In this document: positions 1 through 15,119 of the stretch, in pieces | How the letters are laid out: each line of letters begins with the position of its first letter | Position numbering within the stretch: position 1 is the stretch's first letter | DNA from: the human T2T-CHM13v2.0 reference genome, Homo sapiens | Length of the DNA: 64,000 nucleotides | Strand: one strand, 5' to 3' | Assembly: GCF_009914755.1 (NCBI RefSeq) | Contig: NC_060927.1 | The notes under the pieces: generated by a model | Told to the model about the DNA's origin: nothing | Databases searched by the model: none | The model's input: only the letters and a program-made list of their open reading frames with translations | Program-made: the position numbers and the translations under genes

Positions 1-80
1 GATTAATTTGATAATGTATGTCAAGCCCTTAGCACAGTGCCTGGCAGTTAGTGAGCAGTCAATAAATGCCATCTATTATT
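1..80 (+). mobile_element. MIR SINE 3' end fragment
   Basis: cttagcacagtgcctggcagttagtgagcagtcaataaatg...tattatt resembles the MIR/L2 3' tail. Confidence 0.65.
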
Positions 81-1689
81 AATTATCATATAAAATTGCT
101 ATAATAGCTACTAGTACAGTAACTCCAAGTTGGCATCACCAGCCACCTGGTCACCTCACTTAAACCCAGGGTCCTAACCATTGGGGAAAAAAATGGAAAA
201 ATAATTTACACTCTCAACCAGAAAACTTCAGAGTAGTGCCATTCTGTCTATGCCCATAGCCCAGAACAGGCTGCCTCTGTTCCCTGCTGGTTCTAGTAGA
301 TTATCGTTCTGGTCACGGGGCCTTGCAGCCAAGGTGAGGAGCACAGATTGGGACAAAATAGGTAACAAACTCTCATACAGTTTTCAGATACAGGAAGTTC
401 ATCCAGCCATTCCTGTTATTCTGTCAGAGCGATCTGTGCACACACAAGGCCCCCGCAGCTTATATAAGCTTCAGACAGCCAAGCTGGCGAGACTTTCGGC
501 CCCCTTTGCCAATAAGGCACTATTTGCATTGGAAGCTAGGCACAAATAATGGTGCTTGAGACCTGCTGAACTCTGTGTCCAGTCAACTCAAATCAGGAAT
601 GGAATTCAAGGCCAGAAGTCACAGAAGGTCACTATTTTACTTTCTGGAGGATTTTGCAATCCCAGAAAGTCCCTTCAAATCTCCAGAGACCTGCAGAATA
701 AGTGTGCTTCTGTGATCTCAGCTTGTTTGCTGGTGCTGTCTGCGTGGCTGACTGAGCCAGTGTACTTGCCTGCAACAGTAGCCTGATCATAGTCACTCCA
801 GCTCAAGCATCTCTGGGAGAACCAGGCATCCTCTCTTTCTGCCATAATGTCAGGGACTTAGGTGGGGAAGCTGGATTCGGACTTTAAGGGTGAGATGGAA
901 GACACATATAACCTTTGGCTGGGGTTCCAATGAATGCCCTGTTGGCAGTGGGTCCTAAGTCACCATGGAAAAACCTCAGGCCACATGAAGAACTCACCTA
1001 GAAGATGGAGCAAAAACTATAGACAGATGATCCAACCGTGATTCTGTGAAGCGTGTTCCCAAATCACAGATGTTACAAATCCAATGTCAACAACAACTAG
1101 TCACAAGTTAAGTACTTTCATGCATAAACAAAGAGAGAAAACCCAGGGAGGTTGGAACAAATGATGCTCAAAGTCAAGGTGGCCATTTCTGCATCCTCAC
1201 TGCTATAGAAAGGTTTCCAGATTCTATTAGTTAAATAATAACCCTAGACCAGATACTGATCTAGATTTATTTTCTAGTGATCACGTTTTGCCTCTTATAA
1301 ATATGCCTCAGACAGATGAGAATCTGACTCAACATTCTCATATCCTATGGAATTAAGAAGATTTAAATAAGGTAATATGGTGATCCATGCTAACAGCAGT
1401 CATGATTCAAGATGGTGTCGTGACAGAATTTTCTGTTTCATCCACAGTGGTCATAAGGGTGTAAAAAGTCTCCTCCTGGAGGACAGGGTACAGAAACTTG
1501 TTGCATCAAAATTTAATTCAATCCAATTTAGAAAGATATTTGTTTTTTGTGTGTTATATTAAAAAGCCAGATGCTAAAGTATAGGTGAACCATAGTTAAA
1601 ACTATTGGAAAATGTTGAACACAGATACAGTTTTTTAAAGGGGTTTATTGATTAGCTCTGTAGTTTTCAGGACATGGTGCATGGGAAGA

Positions 1690-2980
1690 TGAGAAGAAAG
1701 AAGTTTCCAGTCTAATGGGGAGACATAGATAGTGCAATAAGTGTAACCATAATACAAGTGCTATCATCCAGGGCAATCTACACATACCAAGAACCTATTC
1801 TGTGCCAGGCCCTGACTTGTGTGCTGGGACTACAGAGACTTGGTTCCTTCCAAGTCTCACCATCTGGTGGAAAAGACGTGCCCATAAGCAAGCTTAGCCC
1901 ACTGTGATAAGTTCAAGAGCATGCATGAGCTTGGGGAGCCATGGAAATACAGAGGGTCTCCTAACCCAGCTTGGTGATGGTAGCGGCAGAGGAGTTTCAA
2001 GGAAGGCTTCCTGGGGCAGGTTACCTCTAAGCTTGGACTTGGGGATGAGTAGGAGTGAGTGAGGTGAGGATGCTGGAAGGAATGGAGGAGCATGGTGCAG
2101 GTGGAGGAAAGAACACAGACCAAATAAACTCCAAGACTGGAAGTGTTGATGCTGCTGTAGGGTGGGGATAAAGATGGAAACATACTGGGCCAGCTGTGTG
2201 TGCCATATCAGGGGCCCTGGGGAGCCATCAATGGAGTTTAAGCAGAGGAGATACAGGCCCAGGTTTGGGCTTTGGACAGAGTACTGTGGCTATTTGTGTG
2301 TGGAACTCAGGAAGAGGAGGAACTAGAGGTGGGGAGATGAGCTAAGAGGCCACTGAGGGTACCACAGGTGAGAGGTGACAAGCTCCCAATCCCAGACCAT
2401 GGTGGCTGCAGAATGTGAAAACTTCTCAAGAGATACAAGAAGCAGGACTCATAATATACAGGAGGCCATGATGGTTGCATTTGGAAGGAAGAGAAGGAAG
2501 GAAAGCAGGAACACATCTTTCCCTGGTTTCCAGCTCACATGGGTTCACCCGTTGAAGCATAGACTAGGGGGAGCCAGCAGGTTCAGGAGGCAGCCAGTGG
2601 CTTCATTTTGGACACCTTGATGTGAGGTCTGAGTATATGTTTCCAGTAAGAAGTTCAGTGGCAGGTCCATAGCTACTGAAGGAAAGATTGGTGGTGGAAT
2701 TATCAACGCAGGACGTGGCCTGGAGACGACTCATGAGTATGTTCAAATCATGAGTATGATGGAGACCAACACAGACCCAGGATGCGCTCCTTGGAAAAAA
2801 AGCGGGCTCAGGGTGGGCACTGGGAAGCCCAAAGTGAAGGGACGGCAGAGGAAAAGGGATGGGCAAAAATGTGCTACTAAAACACCAAAGGGGAAAGCGC
2901 TGAGTATATAAAGGCCAGAGACATTCATTCTAAGGACAGTGATCTGGGAAAGAAAGCTGGAGGAGATGGTGTTCCAGCCA
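1690..2980 (-). mobile_element. Degenerate L2 LINE fragment(s) in a BFSP2 intron
   Basis: GA-rich stretches typical of antisense L2 (gtctaatggggagaca, ggaaggcttcctgggg, gagtttaagcagaggag, ttcattttggacacct); boundaries approximate. Confidence 0.6.
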
Positions 2981-3441
2981 AATGATGGATGGGGTTTCAG
3001 CAGCAGAGGGAGAAGGGGTCCCCCGGGGAGTGAAGAAATCAGAAGAAAAAGCCCCGGAGAACAAGATTTCTTTGAAGAAACGCCTGCAAGCTGCCTCTCA
3101 TTTGTCTCTCTCAATCCCTATCCCTCTTGCCCCGCTCCTCTCTCTCCTCACACCCCCTTTCTTTTCTCCCTCCCTCTCTCCTTCTCTTTTTCGCCTCCCT
3201 CACCCTCTCTCCCATCAAAAAGATCAATCAGACTAATCCACAGTCTGACCTGAGTGGGATTCCTTATTTTTCCCACGGAGCCACTAAGAATAACCCCCAT
3301 CAGTCTCCATAACTGGCAAGGTCCCTGCCACGAGGGGAATAGTCCGGGCTACCACCAGCCCCTGCCACTGCTCTGCACACCTCCCTCTTCAAGGGCCCGG
3401 CCTGTTGTCCTCGGGTTTGGACCGGGTTCGCTCTTTTGTAG

Positions 3442-3662
3442 AAACGAGGCCTGGAGAACACCTTGCACGATGCCAAGCACTGGCATGACATGGAGCTCCA
3501 GAACCTGGGCGCTGTGGTCGGCCGGCTGGAGGCGGAGCTCAGGGAAATCCGAGCGGAGGCGGAGCAGCAGCAACAGGAGCGCGCGCATCTGCTGGCCCGC
3601 AAGTGCCAGCTGCAGAAGGACGTGGCGTCCTACCACGCCCTGCTGGACAGGGAGGAGAGCGG
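3442..3662 (+). CDS. BFSP2: BFSP2 (phakinin/CP49) penultimate coding exon, end of the intermediate-filament rod
   Basis: Acceptor ctcttttgtag|A (AG 3440-3441), donor GG|gtaagc (GT 3663-3664). Translates [74 protein letters not shown], which matches the phakinin C-terminus with its divergent helix-termination motif. 221 bp is the size of the equivalent type I keratin exon; locally GC/CpG-rich. Confidence 0.96.
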
Positions 3663-4006
3663 GTAAGCCTCGCTTCCGCGTCAATTATCCAAGAGATGCA
3701 TATTCGTGGCTTTAAAAATAATTATTTTCCAAACACTGTAGAAGTATTTAAGAAGAAATCACCCCAGACTTCCTCTCACATAGGCACCCATTCCCACAGC
3801 CTAGCTGTGTCCTTCCTTTCCTATTCACATACAAATAATATATATAATATATTCACATACTAATACATTTTCTATATGTATGCATATTTATGTATGTATA
3901 TATACACACATACATTCACATACATGTGTATACCTAGGACGTACATAATAGCTGTTAGGAATGTTTCAGTTGCTTGTAATAGAACCTAATTAATGAGGCT
4001 ATAAAC

Positions 4007-4318
4007 CAGTGCTCCTGAAACTAATGTGCACTCAAAACCCTGCGCATCTTTTTTTTTTTTTTGGATACAGGGTCTCGTCTCGGTATGTTGCCCAGGCTGG
4101 TCTCGACTCAAACCCCTGGGCTCAAGTGATCCTCTCACCTAAGCCTCCAGAATAGCTGGGGTTACAGGTGTGAGCCGTGACACCCCAGCTGGGCATCTTT
4201 TTTAAATGCAGATTCTGCTTCAGTACGTCTGGGGTGGGGTCTGAGAGTCTTCCTTTCTAACAAGCTCCCAAGTGATGACTATACTGCTGCTCCACAGACT
4301 ACACTCTGAGTAGCAAAG
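4007..4318. mobile_element. MER5A (hAT-Charlie) interrupted by an antisense Alu monomer (FLAM-like, ~4049-4189)
   Basis: aaatgcagattctg...tttctaacaagctcccaagtgatg...acactctgagtagcaa; Alu monomer flanked by gcatctttttt at 4044 and 4193. Confidence 0.75.
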
Positions 4319-4568
4319 ATGTGTAAATCATTTATTTAAGAGTCCCAGAAACAGGTGATCTAGGCTGCTCAAAGATTTCATTAAGGACTCAAGCTCTTTT
4401 CATCTTTCTAACATACCATGATAACATTGGCTTTTTGTCTTTATCTTTGTCACCCCATGGTTACCATATGCCAGCCACAGATCCAAACATCACATCCTCA
4501 TTCCTGGCCGGAAGTGGGAGAGAAGAGGCAGCAGCAAAAAAAAAAAAAAAAAAAAAAGGCTTTTTCTT

Positions 4569-4941
4569 TTTTTTTATTGATCATTCTTGGGTGTTTCTCG
4601 CAGAGGGGGATTTGGCAGGGTCATAGGACAATAGTGGAGGGAAGGTCAGCAGATAAACAAGTGAACAAAGGTCTCTGGTTTTCCTAGGCAGAGGACCCTG
4701 CGGCCTTCCGCAGTGTTTGTGTCCCTGGGTACTTGAGATTAGGGAGTGGTGATGACTCTTAACGAGCATGCTGCCTTCAAGCATCTGTTTAACAAAGCAC
4801 ATCTTGCACCGCCCTTAATCCATTTAACCCTGAGTGGACACAGCACATGTTTCAGAGAGCACAGGGTTGGGGGTAAGGTCACAGGTCAACAGGATCCCAA
4901 GGCAGAAGAATTTTTCTTAGTACAGAACAAAATGAAAAGTC
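4569..4941 (-). mobile_element. 5'-truncated SVA retrotransposon (SINE-R part plus short poly-A) in the last BFSP2 intron
   Basis: ttattgatcattcttgggtgtttctcgcagagggggatttggcagggtcataggac... is the antisense SVA 3' end; perfect 15-bp TSD aaaaggctttttctt at 4554-4568 and 4942-4956. Confidence 0.93.
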
Positions 4942-5719
4942 AAAAGGCTTTTTCTTGAATGATCCTCTCCTTTAATCAGTGAAGGAAAGACATTTTGAGG
5001 CTTGCAGTGGACTGTCCCTTATATCTCATTGGCCAGAACCTGCTTATACTGGCCATACCCATCTGCAAGGGAGGCTAAGAAAGCAACTCTTTAGCTTTTC
5101 CAGACTCCATAGTGGAGGCAGGCAAGGGGTTGGGACTAGGAGTTGAGTTAGTCTGCCATAATTACACACACACACTTGCACTCACTCTTTTTTTAATAGA
5201 TAAGGATTCCAGAGGCATATACATCAGCCTTGGGCCTTAGCTTCCTTGCCAACTCTTTCCAGAAACCCAGGCCCTTATTTTGTATCATAGTTCTATGCCT
5301 TCTTATTTCCCTCCAAGACTCCTTGTCTGACATATGTTGAATAAGGAATAGAGACAGCTTAGTGATTGTATCATCCAACCCCTCCTGATTCAAGAGAGAA
5401 CACAAAGACCCAGAATGGAAAAAGATTTGCGCATGATCACACAGGAGGCGGAGACAGCACTGGGATGGGAGCCCAGGTCTCCTGCTCTCTCCAACTGTGT
5501 AACCTCTCTTTATTCAGAAGGCGGGAGAGCCTCAAGGAAGCGACCTAACCACGCCCTGCTTTCAAATGGAAAATATGTCATCCAGCTCCTCTCCAACTGT
5601 CTTTTATTGAATTGATTTTTGTTGATTATAAAAGCCAGATGTTCCTAACAAAGTATTTTTTTTTCGGATGCCTATGAGCATCTGTATAAACACACAAAGT
5701 CAATTTAAACAAACAGCAA

Positions 5720-5975
5720 GAGCAGTGAGTTAGGCCGAGTTACTTCTTAAGAATCTATGTGCTACGTTCATTTAGTGAGTGCCAAGGCAGACCTGACTCT
5801 TGATTATTTTTGTTTATCCTCCAAACCCTGCCAAGACAACCTCATGATCCGTGTTTTAGAGACAGGAAACAAAGCCTCAGAGAGCTTAAGTCATGGCCCA
5901 AGGTCTCACAGCAAATAACCATGGAGTAATTATTTAAAACCCAAAACTATCTTGTTCCAAAGGCCAGATTCTTTC
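5720..5975 (-). mobile_element. MIR SINE
   Basis: ttttagagacaggaaacaaagcctcagagagcttaagtcatggcccaaggtc resembles the MIR core. Confidence 0.65.
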
Positions 5976-6066
5976 ATGAGATGGCCCCCTTTCTCGTAAT
6001 CCTATTGTGATAGAATGACCGATTTTCCTCACCCATTGCTTCTGACTCCTATGTGTTTCCTTTCAG

Positions 6067-6070
6067 CTGA
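6067..6070 (+). CDS. BFSP2: BFSP2 last exon coding part (C completing Gly codon GG|C, then TGA)
   Basis: Acceptor tgtttcctttcag|CTGA; phase matches the upstream exon; followed by ~230-nt UTR ending near AATAAA. Confidence 0.88.
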
Positions 6071-6305
6071 TGGAGAAACTTCCTCTTTTTCATGAAGAAA
6101 ACACCCTTCCTCAACAGCTGACCCAAGAAGTTGCTTGAGGAGCTTTCTCCTGAGCTCCAGTCCCTGCTGGATTCCCTGGTTAATTCAGCTTGAGCTGAAA
6201 AGCTTCCTGGAAGTGGAGAGGATCCTTCTGCTTTAATCTGAGTAGTCTGTAGCTTGAGCAATCTCCCTTGTCCTCCTTCAAATAAATGCTTTGTGCGCAG
6301 CGTCC
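6071..6305 (+). other. BFSP2: BFSP2 3'UTR (end approximate)
   Basis: Unique sequence between the TGA and the AATAAA at 6281. Confidence 0.8.
6281..6286 (+). terminator. BFSP2: Polyadenylation signal of BFSP2
   Basis: Canonical AATAAA 211 nt after the stop codon. Confidence 0.8.
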
Positions 6306-7216
6306 AGTTTGCCCACCTTGTTCAACTCACTATAGGGTCGAGATGGATATCACTTTGTCTGTCTGGCCTTTGCTCACAGAGCTATGCTTGAAGGCTTCTG
6401 GAAGGATTCCCTTGAGTGTGACGCCATCTGCCTCCCTAGGGTCACCTGCTCTTGGGTTTGTCAACATAAAAGTGCTGCGGAGGCAAAAGCAGTGCTCATG
6501 GCATGCAGGATTGACGCAGTCTGGGACAAAAAACAACACTCTTGCTCGAGAGGGGATTAGTGTGGTGCTTTATCACATGTTTCATAATTACAGGCATCGT
6601 GGAGTATTCAGACCTCTTTAATATACTCTGCATGCATATTCATGTGCAGACACACACATTTCACTTGCTATTGGCAGAGCATCTCTCAATCAGTTAAAAG
6701 GGAACTTCAGTCTAAGCCCAATCTAAACCCATTCAATCTAAGTGGGGGATTAATTACACTGTGGTTGCTCACCCCACTTACAGCCTCAGAATTTTCTTCC
6801 AGGGTCCTTTCTCCAGTTCTCTCAGGGCCTAAGCCAGCCAAATATAGTTCATGCATCTGCCACCTACCCAGGCAAGACTCTCTTGCCTTCTGATTAAAAT
6901 TGAAACCACCACCTGTGTCCTACCACAGGTTCTCAGTGTCTCTAAAACTGAAAGGAAAAAAAAAAAAAAAAAAAGCCCAACTTTAATTTTGTCATTCCTC
7001 CCTCAAACTTCTGTTGGTCTACCTATCACACAGAATTACAGACCAAAATATCCAAGCTGAGTCTTTGTGTTTGTGAGCTGCTAATCCAGACAGGGGGATG
7101 TATCCAACACTGGTACATTTGAAAACCCCCATACCCGAGGGTCCAAATAACCAAGGCCCACACAAAGAAAAGAACATTTATTTATCCTTAAGGATTGCTT
7201 ATAAGAGAAGCAAGGT

Positions 7217-7548
<332 letters not shown>

Positions 7549-9025
7549 CTACAACTGGTTTTCCTTTTTGGCCTGCAAGAGCAAAGGAATTGTATTAAAG
7601 ATCACATGAGCAGAACCACTATTTACAATGTGCATAGCCCCTTGACATAGGTCAGTTTGTTGTTTGAGACATGGAAATAGGCAAGACACCCTAAAACTAC
7701 ATTTTAGCAAAGTATCCATCTCCATAGCTGCACACTATGGGGCTGCCCATAATTGAACCGCCTGGGTACAAGAGTCTTGCCAGAAAACAAAGTGGGTGGC
7801 TGGCCTTGCTATGTTGGATGCACAAGACACTGACGTCTGTTTCTTTTCTGTCTTTCTTGTTACTATTAATTTTTGGTCCCTCAGGCAAGACCTAAATTCC
7901 TAACCTAAATGTAGCTGGAGGCTTCAAAGGTGACAGTCCCCAAAAGGTCAGCCATCAAAAGGAGGTACTTCTATGACCGAATGGCCATGCAGTTTTTAGA
8001 ACCTGGAAGTCGTTTCAGCCACTGGAAAGACGGGAGAATGTATCTGCGCATCCTCCTGAGTTTCCACCAGACAGCATGCTGTGCAGGGCTGCACACACTT
8101 GGTCTCCTCCGCACCATCATCTCAAAGAGCAGCTGCCGTAAATCATTCAGTTAATCACCCTTTGGCAGGGAGAGCCGTGGCAGACTGGTGCTTCCAGTTC
8201 CCAGCACAGGCTCTTGCTGTTTCTAATGAGGCTTCATTAACAGGTATGAGAAGGCACTGCTGGCCCCCCAACTCTGCCAGGGCCTCGTTTAAATCAGGCT
8301 TCCTCTCACAACATCCCAGTACAATTACGCTTTGGCAGTGGTTCACTGACAGGTGGCAGGGGAGGCTGCTGCTTGTATTGGTGTCAAGGACAGAGCATTT
8401 GTTCTGGAGCAGACCAGAGCAGGGCTCCCAATGGACACCTCCTGAAACACAACCGAGCTCTATTTCCACACCAGGCAACTCCACTGGCCTCTGGCCTAGC
8501 TTCTGAAGGGCTGTGTGAACTCCCAATGGGATTGCTAGAGCATCCATGGCTTTCAGATTCAACATTCTTTTATATCAAGATCCTTAAATCTTACCTTCAT
8601 GATCATCTGTAACACTTCTTAGCATGTACTGGTGCCCAGACATTTTGATGCACTTTGGGGATACCAATAAAAAGAAGGCCCAGTTTCTGCCCTCATGGGT
8701 TTACAGCCTTGGTGAGTGCAGGTGTGCTCACTGAAGGATCAACAATGCAAAGGATAAGAAAAGCAAAGCAGACAGAGCAGCACATTACAGTTTTCACAAC
8801 CCCTTCATAGATTCATTTTGTCATCAAAGGTATAAAAATAGACATCTGAGTCTGACCTCACTTGGTTTTCAGCAAGTTGATTTAGCAAGAACCATCAAGC
8901 ACCATGCCTGTCTCTGATTGTCTCCACACACCCCATAGATATTATTTTATAAACCCTTACATTGTCTTGCTTGTTTTGAGAAAAGGATGGGTTGTTTCTT
9001 TGGAGACAAATCTAGAATCTTATCT

Positions 9026-9156
9026 GGGATTGCCAGACTTAGGAAATAAAAATATAGAATGCCCAGTTTAATTTAAATTTCAGATAAAAAAAGGAAGAGG
9101 TTTTTAGTATAAGTATGTCCCACATGTTGCATGAGACATACTTATGCTAAAACATT
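9026..9156. mobile_element. MER53-like hAT relic (partial)
   Basis: gggattgccagacttaggaaataaaaatatagaatgcccagtttaatttaaatttcagata...agtataagtatgtccc. Confidence 0.65.
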
Positions 9157-10248
9157 AGCTTGCAGCTGTAATAATATCAGACAGAAGCACTCCATACTTC
9201 GTATTCCCCACATAGTTATCTGACATCAAGCAATTCATAAAGGTTTGCCTAGCACTTCCAGTTGGGACATCCCAATACACAAGAAGGGGAAAGGATGACC
9301 CAGACTGTGTCTTTACCCATTCTTGATTGGAAACTCAGTCCCCTGACACAAAAGCACCATCGTGTTTGAGAAATTAGTCTGCTAGTTTAGTGAAGAACTA
9401 AAGCAAACTGTTTTCTCAGCTGAAGTAACTGGTTTGATTGGATCATATCGACTGGTTATTTTGAACAAAAGGTTGAGCAGGAACAGGAATAGATCCCAGC
9501 ATAGACATGTGGTGTTGCAGAGTCAACAGAGTTTTTGCTATCATGCCCAAGAGGAAATATTCCATTTTCTCCTGCTCTGAGAGTGGAAGGTAATTTGCAC
9601 CACAGGGAGTCCAGTTTTCAGTGTAATTCTGGGATTGGACCAAAAAACATGTTGCATCTTAAAGAAAGGGCTTTGCAAAATGGATGAGCAAAAACTACTA
9701 AATTTCTTTGGACAAGTCATGCATATCTTGTTTTTGTTTTGTTTTTATCTACAGCTAAAGTTCTTACTGACATCCTAGACAGGAAAAGTGTATAAATGGG
9801 GTTCACAACTTTAAACTAAAAAGACAAAGGCAAACCTGACAAGATGATTAAGACAAGTTGTCACTAACTCCCTGGATGATAATTAATGGTGTTGTGGTTG
9901 CTTTGAGAAGAAAACAAAAGGAGAGGGGACAGGAAATCAATAGACTAGTGGTAGGTTCAGCCCCTCATTGTTTAGTACCAGCAACCAAAAGAAAAGAAGC
10001 AAGAGAAACACGTAGGGTAATAAATTGTCCTGAGGAAGTGAAATAGTGGGTTTACACATTATTTTGGGAATTCAGTCTTAGCAGTTCACCAGAGCAACAA
10101 TCATGCTGAGTAGTGGAAAGCTCCCTCCAAAACTAAATCCTTTTCCTCAATAAATATTTATGCAGTCCCTGTTATATGTCAATGCCATGTTAGAGGCCAA
10201 GAATATGAAGATGTACGAAATGTGAACCTGCCCTTAAATAATCTAGAT

Positions 10249-11040
10249 TAGCACTGTCCAATAGAAACAGAATGCAAACTACATATGTAATTTTAATTTT
10301 TCTAATAGCCATATCTCAAAAAGGGAAAAATAAACAGGTGAAATTAATTTTAATATATTTTAATCATCTTGTTATGTCCAAAATTCTATTATTTCATAAT
10401 GTAATCAATATTTTTAAATTATTGAGAGTTTTATATTTTTGGTACTAAGTTTGAAATCTGGCTTATGTTTTACCCTAATAGCCCATCTCAATTCACATAC
10501 TAAATCTTCATCAGAAATACTTGAGCTATATTTAAATTTCATAAAATTTATAGTTGAAAAAGTAAATTGACGTACCCAAGCTGTTCCAAACATACTTAAA
10601 AGTTTTCCAATAACTGAATTTAAGATCACAAGATTTGTTTTCCTTTGATCTTCATATCCACATTGACATAAAGTGGTTCATCTTTTTCAGAAGAGTTCGT
10701 GTGACTTTGAAGCAAAAGCACATCAGTTTCAAAACCACACCTGTCTAAGTTAAGTAAATTCATTAAGTCTTGCATCTCATTCAGTATTTATTAACATCAT
10801 GTTCAAGGAGGTATTACATATATTGAGAATCAACTCTAAATGTATCAACATAAAAAATCCCATTTCAAATTTTTCTTATAAGTTTTCAGGACAAATATTT
10901 TACACAGCTTAAGATTTTAATTAAATTTTTAATTAATTAAAATTAAATAACACTTAAAATTCAGTTCTTCCGTCACACTAGTCATATTTCAAGAGCTCAA
11001 TAGCCACATGTGGCCAGTGGCTACCACAATGGACAGCATA
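10249..11040. mobile_element. hAT-Charlie relic (MER3/MER33/Charlie5-like), internally deleted
   Basis: Inverted termini gcactgtccaatag ... tggacagca; subterminal ctcaatagccacatgtggccagtggctacca. Confidence 0.75.
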
Positions 11041-11171
11041 GATTAAAGTTGACTAGAGGTGGGTGGGATCTACAATGGATTTGACCAGCTTGTGAAAACA
11101 ATCGAGGTCATATTTGCACGATAATTTGTGAGAAGTCCTGCTTTCCCACCAATTTTCCTCACCAAATACAA

Positions 11172-11369
11172 CTGAAATTCCTGGCAGGTGAGCGTCCCAC
11201 CTAGAAACAGAGTGGCTACATTCCAACAGTTTTATAGGCCTCCTAATTGGCCCACGTAATCCTTCTACTGCTGAAATTCCTGGCAGGTGAGCGTCCCACC
11301 TAGAAACAGAGTGGCTACATTCCAACAGTTTTATAGGCCTCCTAATTGGCCCACGTAATCCTTCTACTG
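11172..11369. repeat. Perfect 99-bp tandem duplication (2 copies)
   Basis: 11172-11270 is identical to 11271-11369 (ctgaaattcctggcaggtgag...gtaatccttctactg). Confidence 0.97.
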
Positions 11370-11709
11370 CACTGCACTGCTTCTCATAACTAGCTCTTTT
11401 GGAGGGAGTTTCCTCTACCAGAGACCTTGAGCCTCCCCTGACACAGGCCTTTTGTTTTCTTTCATACCCCTCTCCTTTCCTTAATCTCCTAACCACATAA
11501 GCCCTGGGAGAAGTGAGCTGAATCAAAGAGGCCAGCACGGCCTAACAGCCAGCCCCCACCTGCTCAGTCAGACTATTCTGCCAGTCTCTTCTCTCCCTCA
11601 TGGTGATTTTCTCTCCAAGGTCTCATAGGCTGTCTCTCAATCTAGCTTCAGGACCCACCTCAAATTACATCAGTTCTTCTGACAGCTCTGAACCCTATCT
11701 CTGGGCTGA

Positions 11710-14095
<2,386 letters not shown>

Positions 14096-14149
14096 AAAAA
14101 TTGTTTTAATTGAGGTAAAATACACATACATAATTTACCATCTTTACCA

Positions 14150-14460
14150 TTTTTTTCTTTTTTTTTTTTTTTTTTTTTTTGAGACGGAGTCTCGCCCCGT
14201 CGCCCAGGCTGGAGTGCGGTGGCGCCATCTCGGCTCACTGCAAGCTCTGCCTCACTGGTTCAAGCCATTCTCCTGCCTCAGCCTCCTGAGTAGCCGGGAC
14301 TACAGGCGCCCTCCACCACACCGGCTAATTTTTTGTATTTTTAGTAGAGAGAGGGTTTCACTGTGTTAGCCAGGATGGTCTCGATCTCCTGACCTCATGA
14401 TCCACCCATCTTGGCCTCCCAAAGTGCTGGAATTACAAGCATGAGCCACCACACCCGGCC
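14150..14460 (-). mobile_element. Alu (AluY/Sc-like) inside L1
   Basis: TSD ccatcttta(c/t)cattttt at ~14128 and 14461. Confidence 0.95.
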
Positions 14461-14804
14461 CCATCTTTATCATTTTTAAGTGTATACTTCAGTGGTAATA
14501 AATACATTTGTATTCTCTTTTTTTCCCTTCATTCCCCTTCTCCTGTACCCTTCTTGGTCTCTGGTAACCACCAGTCTATTCTCTATCTTCATGAGACCCA
14601 TAGTTTTAGCTCCCACATATGAGTGAGAACATGACATGTTTGTCTTTCTGTGCCTGGCTTATTTTACTTAACATAATTTCTTCCACTTCCATCCACGTTG
14701 TTGCAAATGACAGGATTTCATTCTTATTATGGCTGAATAATATTCCATTGCATATATACCACATTTTCTTTATCCATTCATCCACTGATGGGCACTTAAG
14801 TTGA

Positions 14805-15119
<315 letters not shown>

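Larger units (their letters stand above)
3953..5160. mobile_element. Old MaLR LTR (MLT1-like) hosting MER5A and SVA insertions
   Basis: tgttaggaatgtttcagttgc start; atctcattggccagaacc...ctgcaagggaggctaagaaag near the end. Confidence 0.55.

Noticed and set aside
743-757. MARE-like ggctgactgagcc in a BFSP2 intron (lens Maf site?)
   Set aside because: Mismatches to TGCTGACTCAGCA in both core and flanks; expected by chance in 64 kb
3254-3715. Overlapping 100-153 aa ORFs on both strands around the BFSP2 exon
   Set aside because: Shadow frames of a GC-rich coding exon; no independent homology
8081-8612. 136-141 aa ORFs on both strands
   Set aside because: No recognisable protein family, non-ATG starts, no supporting exon structure
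11053-11538. 161-aa minus-strand ORF with a 33-aa internal repeat
   Set aside because: Length comes from the in-frame 99-bp duplication; GTG start; no homology
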